64,000 nucleotides of DNA, taken from the NCBI GenBank assembly GCA_034780895.1, contig JAUZTB010000076.1, positions 76,310,293-76,374,292 on the forward strand, in the 5' to 3' direction. Made by a program: the position numbers and the translations under genes. Positions 12,846 to 26,490 of this stretch are shown here, one piece after another; within the stretch, counting starts at the first letter, position 1, and each line of letters begins with the position of its first letter. Source of the DNA: Rhynchobatus australiae (taxonomy: Eukaryota). The notes beneath the pieces are model-generated. The model was not told where the DNA came from. It ran no database searches and saw only the letters and a program-made list of their open reading frames with translations.

Positions 12846-13289
12846 GGAACTAACGGGGAATGTGGGGGAGTGGATTGGTTGGATGCCTCTGAGAGTTGGC
12901 ATTGACTCAGTGGGCTGAATGGCCTCTTCTTTCACGAGAAAACATGAGGAAATTATCCCAAAAAATACTTTTCTTTTGGCTAAATGTTTTTCAAAATAAG
13001 AATACACAGTGGGGAACACAAGTTACTGAGGCTTTCAAGGATGTTTGTAGCAAAGTTGCTTCTTAGATACCAGAAATTCATGTTAGTTCAAGTGTTTTTA
13101 GCTTGACTGCAATGGGAAGGATCCAGAGAGTGAATGGGAAAGGATCCAAAGAGTGCAGCCTGCGAGATTGCTCTGGTTGACTGAGAGCACCTGGAATTCC
13201 TGCAGTACAGCACACATGAGTGGGAATCTCGAAGCCGATCATCTTCATGGAGTAATGATGATGAACACTGGTTGTTTTACCAAACATGC

Positions 13290-14460
13290 TGTGGAAACTG
13301 GCCAAGAGGGAAACATGACAACATCGCCTGGGAGAAATGATGCATAAATTGTGGCCATAATTCCTGTGAGAGAGAATGTAGAAATGATAGATCATCTCCT
13401 ACAAGAGGGAATGTAGTGGGGGGGCAGCATCAAACTGAACATGGCCCAAGCCTTGTGTGTGCTCCCCATGGGGTGCCTGTAGCTTCATTTAACTTCTGAA
13501 GCTGTACAGCTCCCTAAATCCTCGGCCAGGCTCCCGCAGCCATCCCATGAGGTGGCTCATGTGATCAGGAGGACTTTTCCGCTCTTCCCAAATGTCTCTG
13601 ATGAAACAGTTGAAATAAATTGAAATAATTTTGAAAACTTAAAACCAATATTCATTTAAAAGTGCACACAACTTGTGCACAGTCATTAACAAGCATTAAT
13701 GTCGATTAAAGGTTTTAAAGAAAGCAAACCACTCGGCTTCACTTACCTTCTCTACACTGGTTGACTACTTTATTCCAACTTGATGGCGAGTCCGGGAACA
13801 GAGTGAAAAGCCAGATGTGCCCACATCTGTCTTCCATGCAGCAGTGCAAAGATACAGAAGTAGGGAAGACCCTGACTCATGCACTGGATCCCGCCAGGTA
13901 GTCAGCAGTCAGAGTGATCTTCCCCAATAGGAAGGTAGTTCCTGGGAAATATTGTGCAGTTACCTACAAGAGAGAGAATGTAGAAGTGTGACACCCTCTC
14001 CGAGGAAGGAGACTCTCTCTTGTCGGAGATGGTCATTGCCTGNNNNNNNNNNNNNNNNNNNNNNNNNNNNNNNNNNNNNNNNNNNNNNNNNNNNNNNNNN
14101 NNNNNNNNNNNNNNNNNNNNNNNNNNNNNNNNNNNNNNNNNNAGATGTTATTCGGTTGAAAGTAAGACAGAATCACCTGGTAAAGTCCAAGTGCAAATAT
14201 GATGGTGTGTCCAGCAAGAGATGAAGTAGAATTGGCACAGTGTCTGCTGGGAGATGAGCTGGAAGTATTACTGCATTGGAAGCTGGCTGATGTTACCTGA
14301 AGCCATTATAGCAAGTACAATATTTCCTGGGAATCAATTTGCAAGTCATGAGAAGTTATACACAGAAATGCCACAGCAGCTTTTGTGTGGCATAACCCAC
14401 AAAGTTATTCTTGAGAGAGGTAATGTAATGAAGCGTCATTCGGTCCTGGGAATATTGTGC
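13290..14460. repeat. Scattered, highly decayed family A minisatellite units
   Basis: CCTGTGAGAGAGAATGTAGAAAT-like units at ~13300-13410 and ~13930-14460, interrupted by other sequence and a gap. Confidence 0.5.
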
Positions 14461-15359
14461 AGGAAGCAAGTTAAATGAATTGGTACGCTTCACCTCGCCC
14501 AAACTACTTGGCATTTTTGCAAGTCTCACAGCCACAGTAAACAGCTTGCATGCATTAGCAGATGTTCAGCCGTGGTAACCATATCGCCCAAGTGTATTGC
14601 AGGTCACAAAGCTGTTGGAAAGAAGCAGAGGAAGACCAGCATGCCAGTATGTTTTATCCTACATGGAGCAGATAGTGTTGGCTGTCTTGGGAAGGGTCAT
14701 CAACAAGGACATGCATTTAAGGTGAAAGGAGGAAGGTTTAAAGGAGATGCGGGGCAAGATTTTTCATGCAGAGAGAATGGAATGCACTGGTAGTTGGTTT
14801 ATTATTGTCACATGTACCGAGGTAGTGAGAAACCAGCACATATCCTGTCCCACCAGGGGCCCAAGCACATTGTTACACAACCATTAAAGGCACCTACTGA
14901 TCCATCCACCACCCACACTTTGGTAAATCAGACTACCAGGCTGTGCTCCTTCTCCCTACATACAAACAGAAATATGAGGATCCAGTACTGCCAGGAGTGG
15001 CAGTGGAAGCAAATATGATAGTGGCATTTGAGAAGCTTTTAGATAGACATGGGAGTATAGATCATGTGCAAGCAGAAGAGAATTAGTTTAGTTTGGCATT
15101 GTGTTTGGCACAGATGTCGTGGGCTGAAGGGCCTTTTCCTGTGTTGTTCTGTGTTATCAGGTTATAGCCCCTGAGAGGAATCAGTGGTGAGGATGTCAGT
15201 ATACCAAATCCTCCTCTCCTCACTGTTCTTCCTCATCCACTATTTTTCTGACTTGCAAACTAATACTTTTGCTTTCTCTTCTTCCACAAGCACAAACAAA
15301 TCCTTGACCCTTCTTCATTTCAGATACTCAATAGTTAGAGCCTTCCTGATCACTGTACA

Positions 15360-15510
15360 GCGCGGTGGCGCGGCTCGTGGAGGCACTGCCTCACAGTTGT
15401 AGTGACCCCGTGCTGTCCGTGTGGAGTTTGCGCGTTCTCCCTGTGGCTGAGTGGGTTTCTTCTGGTGCTGTGGTTTCCTCCCACATCCCAAAGACGTGCA
15501 GGTCAGGATC
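15360..15510 (+). mobile_element. HE1-like V-SINE fragment
   Basis: GTGGAGTTTGCGCGTTCTCCCTGTG...CCCACATCCCAAAGACGTG. Confidence 0.75.
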
Positions 15511-15814
15511 TCCACTGAAGATTTGAACGTGCCACCACTAGAAGGAGAATTGATGCACTGGAAACTCTGCCAGTAATCCTGGAGTCTGTATCAAGGAGCT
15601 TGGAGGAGTCCAACACCAACCTGACACAGGGCATGCAGAGATCTTGGGGCTGATCTTTCCCAATGGGTGGTTATTCCCATCAGCAGTGTTGCACCATCAG
15701 AAGCCAAGTGTCAAAACCTTCAGTGCACCAGAACCATCAATGTGCTGCACTGGAAGCTCAGATTGCTGCCATCATGATTGTGTATTCAATCCACATTGAA
15801 TAGTGCTGTCCCAG

Positions 15815-16008
15815 TCATTATTGTGACCTTGCACCTTATTGTCTACCTGCACTGCACTTTCTCTGTAGCTGTGACACTTTACTCTATGTGTTCTGTACTA
15901 ATTCAATGTAACTGCACTGTGTAATGAGTTGACCTGTATGATCGGTGTGCAGGACAAGTTTTTCACTGTACCTTGGTACAAGTGACAGTAATAAACCAAT
16001 TCCAATAC
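15815..16008 (+). mobile_element. Rex1/Babar 3' UTR fragment
   Basis: TTTTTCACTGTACCTTGGTACAAGTGACAGTAATAAACCAATTCCAAT. Confidence 0.75.
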
Positions 16009-16879
16009 AGCTGCCGAGGCACTGCTCTGGCAGAGTGCGAGAGGTTCCATGGAGCGTGAACATGGCAAACTTAAGGTAACACCATTCCAGCTGAACTCCT
16101 GCCATTCCACCGCTGCCCTGTCAGCCCAGCCCGAGTGCTGCTCAGGCTGAGAAGGTGCAGTCGGCAGTTCTTCCGGGCTCAGAACGGCTTGAGTCAAGCT
16201 CCACAGTCATCCCACTCGGAGGTCAGTGGCTTTCCAGCCACCGGCACTGCAGTTATGAAGAGATACCTGCTATGAGCATTGAAGGGAAGACAATCTCTGG
16301 GACAATGCACAGTGATGAGTATTTTGTTTTTATGTGCACTTTGAATATAATTGATTCAATAAAAACTGGTTCAGATGTACCACTTACTTTATTTTTATGT
16401 TTGTTGGCACTTGGTGAACGGGGAGGTGTGGTTATATTCACTGGGATCACTGATGATTAATTGATCATACAGAACAGGAGAGCGTTGCCTGTTTTGTGAC
16501 CGCCTTTCCTTCTCTCTCTTTTCTCCACTTACTCCTCCTCGACCTCAACATCTCACCCTAACGCCCAATCTGATTGGTTGTCTCCAGCAAGAAGGGGGTG
16601 TGTTTCAGCTACTTCTGTGTGCGTAGGGAGCCTTTGACGTCCTTGGTGCAGTGATGTACTGCAAGATGTTGAGTGCTTGTACACCAGCCTGCCTGAAAGC
16701 AGCCAGATGCAGTAAGGTCGGGAGCCATGGTCAGCCTGACAGCCACAGTCAGTGCTCCGCCTGCCTGTGTTGGGGTTGCAGCCACGTTTGTAGGTTTCAG
16801 CCCTGACCTCACCAGTGAAGGGAGGGCATCTCAAGTACTGGTCCTCACTGAAGCTGAGGTAAGAGATCACCAGATCACA

Positions 16880-17161
16880 AGGTAAGGGAGCAGAGGAAGG
16901 CCATTTGGCCCATCAAGCCTGCTCCATGGAAATGGAAATGAGAGGGAGAAGTGGCGGGGGGGGAAGAGGAAAAAAAAAATTAACCCCAATTTCCTGCCTT
17001 ATCCCCATAACCCTTGATACCTTGACTAATTAGATATCTGCATATCTCCTCTTTGAATGCGCCCAATGATCTGGCCTCCACTGATGTACGTGGCAAGGAA
17101 TTCCATAAACTTACTACCCTCTGGCTGAAAAAATTTCTCCTCGTCTCTGTTCTAAACTTGT
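16880..17161 (-). mobile_element. CR1 3' fragment next to a gap
   Basis: RRNFFSQRVVSLWNSLP. Confidence 0.85.
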
Positions 17162-17463
17162 NNNNNNNNNNNNNNNNNNNNNNNNNNNNNNNNNNNNNNN
17201 NNNNNNNNNNNNNNNNNNNNNNNNNNNNNNNNNNNNNNNNNNNNNNNNNNNNNNNNNNNNNNNNNNNNNNNNNNNNNNNNNNNNNNNNNNNNNNNNNNNN
17301 NNNNNNNNNNNNNNNNNNNNNNNNNNNNNNNNNNNNNNNNNNNNNNNNNNNNNNNNNNNNNNNNNNNNNNNNNNNNNNNNNNNNNNNNNNNNNNNNNNNN
17401 NNNNNNNNNNNNNNNNNNNNNNNNNNNNNNNNNNNNNNNNNNNNNNNNNNNNNNNNNNNNNNN

Positions 17464-17870
17464 CCCATTTATTCAGTATTTCCATATGATATAAGCAGAT
17501 CTTTTTCGAATCCCTCTCAATAACCTTTGAATACAGAGGAGCGGAGCTCACGACATAGAAATGTTTTTTTTTAACCGAAGAAATATCAGTCCAGTTCTTT
17601 TTATTTTGAAGTTTTTGGTTTGTTTTGGTTTTTTTTTATTTGGGGCTCTCTTTTCATATAATTAAATTTCTTTTCGATTTTTTTGTACCATGTTCACTTA
17701 GCAAGAGAGTGGGAGGTCCAGATTATATATTTTACTCCTTCTGAGTGTATATATTAACTCTTATGATTGTTATCCCCATCTCTTCGCACCATATGTATAA
17801 TCATTAATGTTATGTATATTAATTTGAATTAATGTGAAATTCAGTAAAAGGATTGAAAAAGAAAGAAGTG
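17464..17870 (+). mobile_element. L1-like 3' end
   Basis: PIYS/PFIQYFH-type ORF2 end, T-rich UTR, A-rich tail. Confidence 0.45.
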
Positions 17871-18475
17871 ACTGTGGGGAGAATAGTTTGCGGGGGAAAT
17901 TGTTGGGGGAATGGGATTGCTGTATGATCCGCCATGGATACAATGAGCAGAATGGTCTGCTGTGTTATAAAGAAATAGTGAACGTGGAAATAGCACAGAG
18001 GAGGGAGTTCATTTTATTCAATGTGTTCAACTGCCCAGGGTTAGGACAGTATGTGGAGTGTATTTTCAATAATGTCACATCAGTGGAAACACAAGAGGCT
18101 GCAGGTGCTGGAATCTGAGCAACAAATAACCTGCTGGAAGAACTCAGCGGGTCGAGGAGCATCTGTGCAAGGAAAGGAATTGTCTACAGTTTGGGTCGAA
18201 ACCCTGCATCAGGACAGTCAAATCAGTGTTGGAGTCTGACTGATGTCATGGTTTGGTTGCTTGGACACCTCTGTAGTCACTAGGTGTGAAAGTGCTAATG
18301 CCTTAAGCAAGGTGTCATTTGATGCGGTTCCCATCAGAGGCAGACTCACACATCTGAGTCTATCTTCAACAATTAGGAGGCCAAGTTACATCTGACAATC
18401 ATGTGAGAGAGGGCCCTGTACCCTCCCCTCCCGTTCCCAACTCCCCAAGATGTGAATCAGGGCTCACAGCCTCAA

Positions 18476-18701
18476 AGGATAAGATAAGATATCTTTGTTA
18501 GTCACAGGTACATCAAAACACCCAGTGAAAGGCATCTTTTTGCGTTGAGTGTTCTGGGGGCAGCCCACAAGTGTCACCAAGCTTCTGGCGCCAACAGAGC
18601 ACGCCCACAACTTCCTTACCGTACGTCTTTGTAATGTGGGGGGAAACCAGAGCACCTGGAGGAAACCCACGCAATCATGGGGAGAACATACAAACTCCTT
18701 A
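18476..18701 (-). mobile_element. V-SINE, same subfamily as 505-800, truncated by a gap
   Basis: Reverse complement of the same V-domain and tail. Confidence 0.85.
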
Positions 18702-19074
18702 NNNNNNNNNNNNNNNNNNNNNNNNNNNNNNNNNNNNNNNNNNNNNNNNNNNNNNNNNNNNNNNNNNNNNNNNNNNNNNNNNNNNNNNNNNNNNNNNNNN
18801 NNNNNNNNNNNNNNNNNNNNNNNNNNNNNNNNNNNNNNNNNNNNNNNNNNNNNNNNNNNNNNNNNNNNNNNNNNNNNNNNNNNNNNNNNNNNNNNNNNNN
18901 NNNNNNNNNNNNNNNNNNNNNNNNNNNNNNNNNNNNNNNNNNNNNNNNNNNAAAACAGAAACAAGGTTGTAAAGAGGATGATCTGCCACAATGATATTGA
19001 AGGGGGGAACAAGTCCATAGGGACAAATGGTTTACTCCTGTTCCTATTGCACGTGTTTCAATGAGATGTGCCGA

Positions 19075-20035
19075 ATGTCCTAAAATTGTAATGTGGAAAT
19101 CATACCGTGTTACCTGCAAAATAATATGGAAATTTTACAGAATCTCCTGCAAGTTCATGTTCAAATGTTATTGTACTCTCTCAGAAAGAAAAGATGGAAA
19201 TATTATGGTACCTCCCTGAGATTTTATGGAGTTGCTACAGTATCTGCAGACACAACGTGTAAAGAGTATCACAGATTCAGGTAATACAGAACATGACTAT
19301 TTTGTCAGGAAAATTCTGCGTATAACTGTGACTGTATCTCCAAGGGGAGATAATGTGCAAATATGACATATAATCCAAGAGAGAAAGAGTGGGAGTAGAA
19401 ATGTAACAGTACCTCTGGGGTGAGATAATGTACAGTTGCAAAGATGGCTTGCATGTGTGACAGGAACTCCTGTGATTGATAATGTGCATATGTGGCAGTC
19501 CCTCCTGAGAGAGAGTTCTGAAGGTGACAGTAGTTACTGGGAGGGAGAATGCTGAAATCTGGCAGCATCTCCTTGGAGAGGTAATGTATAAATGTGATCA
19601 CCTATCCCAGGAGAAAGTATGCAAATCTGACGGTATCTTATGTGAGAGATAACATGTAAATGTGACAGTAACTGCAAGGAGAGATAATGGTGCAATTGAC
19701 AAGATTTCACAATGAAGTTAATGCAAAAATGTATCATCCAATGGGCAAAAAAAGACTAAATGTGATTATTTATACCGGAAACAATGGTGTAAGCGTGATA
19801 CTATCTTGTGGAGGAGAAAATGTGTACAATGTGTAAATGTGACAGTCTCTTGGGAGAGAGGATGTGTGAATCTGACAGTGTCTCCAGGAAAAGAGAATGT
19901 GTGAATGTGACAGTGTCTCATGGGCCAGAGAATGTGTGAATGTGACTTTCTGTCAAAGAAGCAACTGTGCAAGTGTGACAGTGTGTCGTGGGAGAGTAAA
20001 TGTGTAAATGTGACATTGTGTCATGGGAGATAGAA
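19075..20035. repeat. Degenerate ~35-bp minisatellite array (family A)
   Basis: TGTGTGAATGTGACAGTGTCTC.TGGGAGAGAGAA units start at 19863, 19898, 19933, 19966 and 20001. Confidence 0.85.
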
Positions 20036-20044
20036 TTTTACGTA

Positions 20045-20780
20045 CAGTCATGGAGTCATATAGCACAAAAGCAGACCCTTTCATTCACCATGTCAATATC
20101 TATCATCAACTATGCATTGACCTTTGACCTGGTGCTGGTAAATGGGATTAAAGTCTTCTGTGGCTTGGCAATCCAAGTACTTGTCTAGATTATTCTCAAA
20201 TGTTGTGAGAGTATTTGCTCCATCACCTTCTCAGGCAGTACGTTCCAGACTACAACCACCTTCTGGGTGAAAAAATTCTTCCTCTGATCTCCTCTAACCC
20301 TCTTCCCCCTTCCCTAAACCTATGTCCTTGTGTTTTTTGACACTCTGATATGAGGAAAAGCTTCTTACTTTTAACCCTGTCTACACCCCTCATAATTTTA
20401 TATACCTCAGTTGAGCCTCCCATCAACCTTCTCTGCTCCAAGAAAAGTAACACAGCCTCTCCAGTCTCTCCTCATAACTGATACACCCCATCACAGGCAG
20501 CATCCTGCTGAATCTCACCTGCACCTTCTCCAGTGCAATCATATTCTTCCTATAATGTGATGACCAAAACAGCACACAGTTTACTAAGCCAATGTTTTAT
20601 AAAGTCACACCATAACGCCCTGACTCTTATTTTCAGTGCCCTGGCTTGCACACTATCTTATCTATTACCAAGCTCCCTCTGTACCTCAGTGTTCTCTAGA
20701 GCCCTACCATTCGTGGTGTATGTTATATCCTTATTAGTTCTCCCAACACCTTGCACCTAGTGGGATTAAATTCCATCTGC
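20045..20780 (-). mobile_element. CR1 fragment
   Basis: LEQRRLMG..EVYKIMRGVDRV. Confidence 0.85.
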
Positions 20781-21054
20781 NNNNNNNNNNNNNNNNNNNN
20801 NNNNNNNNNNNNNNNNNNNNNNNNNNNNNNNNNNNNNNNNNNNNNNNNNNNNNNNNNNNNNNNNNNNNNNNNNNNNNNNNCCCCCCCCCCCCCCACTTCC
20901 CGTCATCCACCGTCCTCTACTGCAGTCCTTTGTCCTCTTCACCCCTCCCCATCTCTGCAACTTAAAACATGTTTGCTTTTCCACTTTTCCAGTTCTGGTG
21001 AGAGTAACTCAGTTCTCAATGCTGGGGGTGTTGGCGTGGCAGAGGACTGACTGG

Positions 21055-21560
21055 ATTAGATTGGGTTAATTTATTGTCATATACACCAGAGTGCAATGAG
21101 ATTTCTTGTTCACATGAACTCACAGAGTAAACTATGTACATGGTGATGATAAATACCACAATAAATACAACAATGAGCACAAATCAGCAGATTGGTACAA
21201 AGACTGTAGTGCAGTCTGAAGTTGTGCAGAAAGAAATGTTTAAGTGACAATAATGGAATGACAGGTAGAGCTAAGGGTCTGAGAGCATCACTGGGAAGGG
21301 GATGTGGAAGAGGTGATTGGTTCAGGAGTCTGACAACAGTGGGGAAGAAGTTGTTCTCAAGTCTAGACGTCCAAGCTTTCAAGCTCCTGCATCTTCTCCC
21401 AGAAGGTAGGAGAGAGAAAAGGGAATGGCCAGGGTGGCAGGCATCCTTGACCATACTGTCAGCCTCCCTGAAGCAACGCATGGTGAACATGGACCAGATG
21501 GAAGGAAGTGACCAGCCTGTGATGGACTCGGCTGTGTTTACCATCTTCTGCAGGTTCACA
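21055..21560 (-). mobile_element. Rex1/Babar 3' fragment
   Basis: HPGHSLFSLLPSGRR.RSLK..TSRL.N.FFP.VVRLLN. Confidence 0.88.
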
Positions 21561-23189
21561 ACCCTTCCAGTGAATTAGTGGATTTTGCAGAGACAACATC
21601 ATTGTCTGGTGCAGTATTAATATTCTGTAACTAAAAGGTAGTAGTCCCAGTGTTCAAGACTGAAGAACATCACTAATTACAGTTTGGTACAAAAATAGAA
21701 CCAATTTAGCTGGCTGATGTCAAAGAAAACACCTGGCTATTACATCCTCGCACCATGGGACGTCTTGGACTTCTGCCCCCATACAGTCAAAGGCAGGAGT
21801 CAGATTGTCCACTCAGTCAGTGGACCAACCACTGAAACCAGTGGCAGAGCCATGACTCACTGAAAAGAGGGACCTGATACCTCAAGGGGAGGGTGTACAG
21901 ACCCCAAACCCATTCATTTGAAGGGGGTCACTGATCCCAATGAGGTAAATGTTTTCCTATTTTGTGTCATCTCGTTTTAATTTTTAATATTTTAACATGT
22001 TTAAGTAAATGTATTTATTTAATAACTTTTAAATGTTTTCAACTCTGAATAGTCAGAGAAACCTTAAACCAAAGTTTTAACAAAGAGCCAGCTGTTCTGG
22101 AGAGGGAGGGGGGCAATGCCTCAGAATACAACACCTCAGTAAGTGCCTGTCCGCTGTAGGAGGGCTGGGGAAAGTCAGTTCCTCTGGCTTCACACATCCG
22201 GGAAAAGAGTCGCTGGAAGGGGGCCATAAGTGGAAGACAACCTGCTCCAAACATTGAGCACAACTCTAGCACCACAGTTATGATACTTCTGCCTCCTCTT
22301 ATCCCAAGGTCTTCAGTTTAAACATTTGTTATTTGATTTTATGTTGCCTGCCTGCGCTACACAAGCGCAGCCCATATGAAGGTCGAGATAGGGCTGATAA
22401 ACCTCACATAGTACAGGATATGACGTAGAGTGCAATAAGGAGCTCAGATCAAGCCTGAAACCACGCAAGTTTTATCAGTGTTATCTTAACCTCGACACAC
22501 GTTTATATCCTTACAACAAAGGTAGAACCTCCCATAAACGTAACCAAACAGAAATTCTGAAACCATTCTTTGTTGTTGACTATATGTTTTTTGGACTGAA
22601 CCTTCAAAAGATAGACACTATTTTTCCCAGAAATGATGAGAGAGCAAGAGAATTCTCTCAAAAGTTAACTTTCGTGCATCATGACAGTGGGCATCAGACG
22701 ATAGATTCTCCAAACAAATCCTCCAATTTGTAGGATGAGATCCAGTGAGATCAGGCCAAGTGAGGTTTAGTCTGAGTGTGTGTTAGGTGTCGCAATCACT
22801 TGACTCACTTTGCATCAGAGATTAGATGCACAATTACAACGGGCATCTTCAGTGGATGCTGTAGCCAAATTGTATAGAGCAATTTCCCAATAAACAATGA
22901 CTTGACTTTGGATGAGAATTGGCCATTTTCCAGGACATCAAGACTCCTTCATTTAAGAACCTGGCCTCAACTTCAAAGGCTGTGCCAGTGACCAATGTTC
23001 TTCACCAGTCCTGGGTCCCAGAATGGTTTCCATTCCCATTTCCACAGGCAAATGGGACTGGATGAGTTCGGCATCTTGGTCACCATGGTGGGGCCAGAAG
23101 GCTGTCTCCGAGCTGTATAAATCTACGACTCTATTACTGGGCAAGGACTGGATTGGATTTGGTTGCATCAAATTAATATTCTTCTTCTT

Positions 23190-23500
23190 GGAGTCACAGA
23201 ATGATGCAGCACAGAGACAGACCCTTCGGCCCATCATGGCCATGCTGACCACCGAACATCCATTGAAACCAATCCCATTTAGCAACACCTGGTCCCTGGC
23301 TTTCTGAGCCTTGCTGATTCAAGTGCTCATCTGCATTCATCTTGAACGACAGGAGAACCTCTGCCTCCACACACTCAGATAGCGTGCTCCAGATTCCAAT
23401 CACATCCTGGAGAAAAAAAACCTCTTCTTCAGATTCCTTCTAAACCTCTTACCCCTTTATCCTAGATGCATGCCCTCTGCTTTAAGTACTTCTCCTATGG
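23190..23500 (-). mobile_element. CR1 3' fragment
   Basis: CCCTTCGGCCCA tail; IGIWSTLSE.VEAE..L.FK. Confidence 0.75.
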
Positions 23501-23980
23501 GGTATCTAAAGCTAGACTCATTCCCATCCACCGCTAACAGATTTTTCCTTTGGCCGGACAGCACAGTTTGTGAACTGGGCTCAGAAAGATCCCAAACCAC
23601 GTGTGGCCCAGCCCCAAGCAGACGGAAGACCAAATGGAGTCACATGGTATCCCTCTAACCTCTGTCACAAGCCTCGGGTATCATAGTGCAAGTCCGTTTC
23701 ACCATCTTGGCTTTTGGACCAGCCATCTTGAGTGCAGATGCAGCGTTGAGCCTTCCTGATGGTCTCTTCCCCCTCCCCCTCAGGCAGTTGCTCGGTGACC
23801 TTAATGAGCCTTAAAAGATCTGTGAGTTGTCCCTTCCACATCTCCTCATGGGGGGGGGAGGTCATACCTCCGGCTACCTGTACCACCCTGAGGTAGCTCC
23901 TGCACGACCTCAGGCAGTTGCCTGCAGAGCTGTGCCCACAAGGGGTATGTCTGGTGTCCTCTGTTAATGAAGAAGTGGGC
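23500..23980 (-). mobile_element. Tx1/L1-like LINE remnant
   Basis: Decayed similarity (recalled) to the post-RT region of elasmobranch Tx1-type elements. Confidence 0.45.
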
Positions 23981-24149
23981 TGTCAGTAAAAATTGCACTT
24001 CAAGGCAGAAAGCAGCAAAGTACAAATGGGAAACCTGATCTGTGCCGGAGGGAAAAGAAAATCAGAGGCTCATCTGATTGACTTCAAACTGGTCTGGGCA
24101 GCAGAAGCACTTATCTTTAAGCACATGCACCTATAACCTCCCATCCCTT

Positions 24150-24345
24150 CCAGATGATCTTACCACTTGTCCACACACCAGAGGCAACTTACAGTGACCA
24201 ATTAACATAGTGGCACGCCTTTGGGATGTGGGAGGAAACCAGAGGACCTGGAAGAAATTCACGCAACGGGGAGAACATGCAAACTCCACACAGACAGCAC
24301 TGGAGGTCAAGATTGAACCCGGCTCTTTGATGGTGTGAGGCGGTG
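24150..24345 (-). mobile_element. HE1-like V-SINE
   Basis: Reverse-complement V-domain (GAGAACATGCAAACTCCACACAGACAGCAC). Confidence 0.8.
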
Positions 24346-24519
24346 GGGTGCGGGTGGGGAGGATTGAAACCAGAGGCCCTGCGATCACCCAATATTCCCA
24401 CCCCTGGGTGAGGTTGGGTGGAGGGGGTTGGCTCAGTCAGCCTCTGTACCACTAATTCTACATAATGTGTCTCACACTTAATGTACACTTGGAACTTTAC
24501 CCTGGAAGGAATCCACACA

Positions 24520-24860
24520 GTACAGTGGTGTAGTGGGTAGAGCCGCTGTATCACACCACCAGAGACCCCGGTTCAATCCTGACCTCCGGTGCTGTCTGCA
24601 TGAAGTTTGCACATTCTCCCTGTCACCGCACAGATTTCTTCCAGGTTCTCTGGTCTCCTGCGTGCTGCTATGTTAATTGGTCACTGTAAATTGCCTCTGA
24701 TGTGTAGGTAAGAGGTAGAATCTGGGGGGAGTTGATGACTGTGTGGTGAGAATAAAAAAAATAGGATTAATGTAGGATTAGTGCAAATGGGTGTTTGATG
24801 GTCGACACAGACTCGGTGGGCCGAAGGGCCTGTTTCCATGCTGTATCAATGACTCTAATA
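24520..24860 (+). mobile_element. HE1-like V-SINE, full length with CR1-derived tail
   Basis: A/B boxes, V-domain, tail GGGCCGAAGGGCCTGTTTCCATGCTGTA. Confidence 0.88.
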
Positions 24861-25759
24861 CTGTCTGGCATCAAGAACTGAAACCAAAGGTTAAAAAATG
24901 ACTTTGCCATCGGTTAAGTGACCTTGACTGAATTGCTGGTCTTCCTCTGAAGATTTCAATATCACTCCACAAAGCCTTGGCAGAAGGGCACGTCAACATC
25001 ACCGTCGCAAACCACTAATGAGGTAAATAGAGGATGTGGTCGCCTGCAACGGAAAATGATGCCGACCATCTCCTTGCACTCCGACCACAGATTCCATTCA
25101 AAGGCAGGCAGGGCGAGAGGGTGTTGGAAACAAACGGCACCTGCAGCAGGGCCGCGCGTTTGAAGTGCACACTCCTGCAGCTGTAGTGTTTGCAAACTTA
25201 ATGGGCTTGGTCTACTGCACAGCTGCTCTCAACCCTTCCTGCACCCTCCCTCTGCTTAATGCAACATCTGAGTCGCTATTAAAAACACCAGCATAAAAAT
25301 AACACCGTTCCACTTTCCTGTTCACAAAAACCATAACAAAGAAAATATTACTAAAAAAAACAGAAAATGGTGGAAGTACTCAGCAGGTCAGGAAGCATCT
25401 GTGGAAAGAGAAAGAGTTAATGTTTCAGGTCGCTGTCTCGGACCCAAAATGTTAACAGCTTGTTTTTCCACAGGTGCTGTCTGATCTGATGAGTATTTCC
25501 AGCATTTTCTGATTTTATTTCTGATTTCCCATCTGCAGATTTTTTGTGTTTCAAAATATTATTGACTAAGTTCCGACAGTTTGAAAGTTTCACTTTCCAC
25601 AGAAGGTGCCCAACCTGCTGAGTGTTTCCAGCAGTTTTTGTATTTATTTAATAAATAGTTTCCGTCCCATGCTAATGATGGCATGACTCTGCTTTAACCA
25701 TAGCTGACTATGCTTCACAGGTGCACTATTGGGACATTTCAAACTCATGAAAAACATAA

Positions 25760-26490
25760 GAGATGGACACATTATCCAAATGATGCCAAGTTACAGAGCT
25801 CTGAGATGCCGAGGGACACAAGTGTGCAAGTGCATGATTTGCAAAAGCGAGTATGTTGACACATCACGTAGTGAGAAAAACTAACAGAAAGTTATTATTT
25901 ATTGACAGGGAAATTGAATACAAAAGTAAGGAGTTTATACTTCAGTTAAATAGGGTATTAGTAAGATCACATCTGGATGATTGTGCACAGTTTTGGTTTC
26001 CTTTCAATTCACTTCAGGGAAGTTTCACTGGACTAGTCCCAGGAATTGACAGGCTGCCTTACAAGGAGAGATTGGACGAGTTGGGCTTGAACACCCCTGA
26101 AGTTTAGAGGAGTGAGAGGGGTCTGGATTGAAACATATCAGGTCCTGAGAGGTCTTGACAGGGTGGATGTGGTGAGGGTGTTTTCTCTTGTGAGAGAGTA
26201 TAGAAGTGGAGGCACCGTTTAAAACTTGGATAGGGGTGAAACTGTTCTTTTCCTCTCAGAGTTCCATGAGACTTTGAAACTCTCTTCTTCAAAAGGAGTA
26301 TGGAAGGATAGTCCTTGAACAATTTTAAGGCAAGAACAAAGAGATGCTTAATAAATATGGGGATGAAGGTTACCATGGGGATGCACAAATGTGGAGTTGA
26401 AGCTACAATAAGTTCAGCCAAGATCTTATTCAATGGTAGACCAGGCTAGAGGGGACGAGTGGCCTACTGCTGCTCCTAATTTGTATGTCA
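25760..26490 (+). mobile_element. CR1 fragment
   Basis: IEYKSKE.ILQL.RVLVRSHL..CAQFW.P...YKERLDELGL. Confidence 0.85.

Noticed and set aside
16980-19119. ORFs rich in X
   Set aside because: Artefacts of N assembly gaps.
9975-20035. ~35-bp repeats as a CRISPR array
   Set aside because: Units are contiguous and degenerate with no unique spacers or cas genes; the context is vertebrate.
22342-22518. TGTTG...CAACA-bounded 177-bp block as a solo LTR
   Set aside because: Short, no TSD and no second copy; insufficient support.
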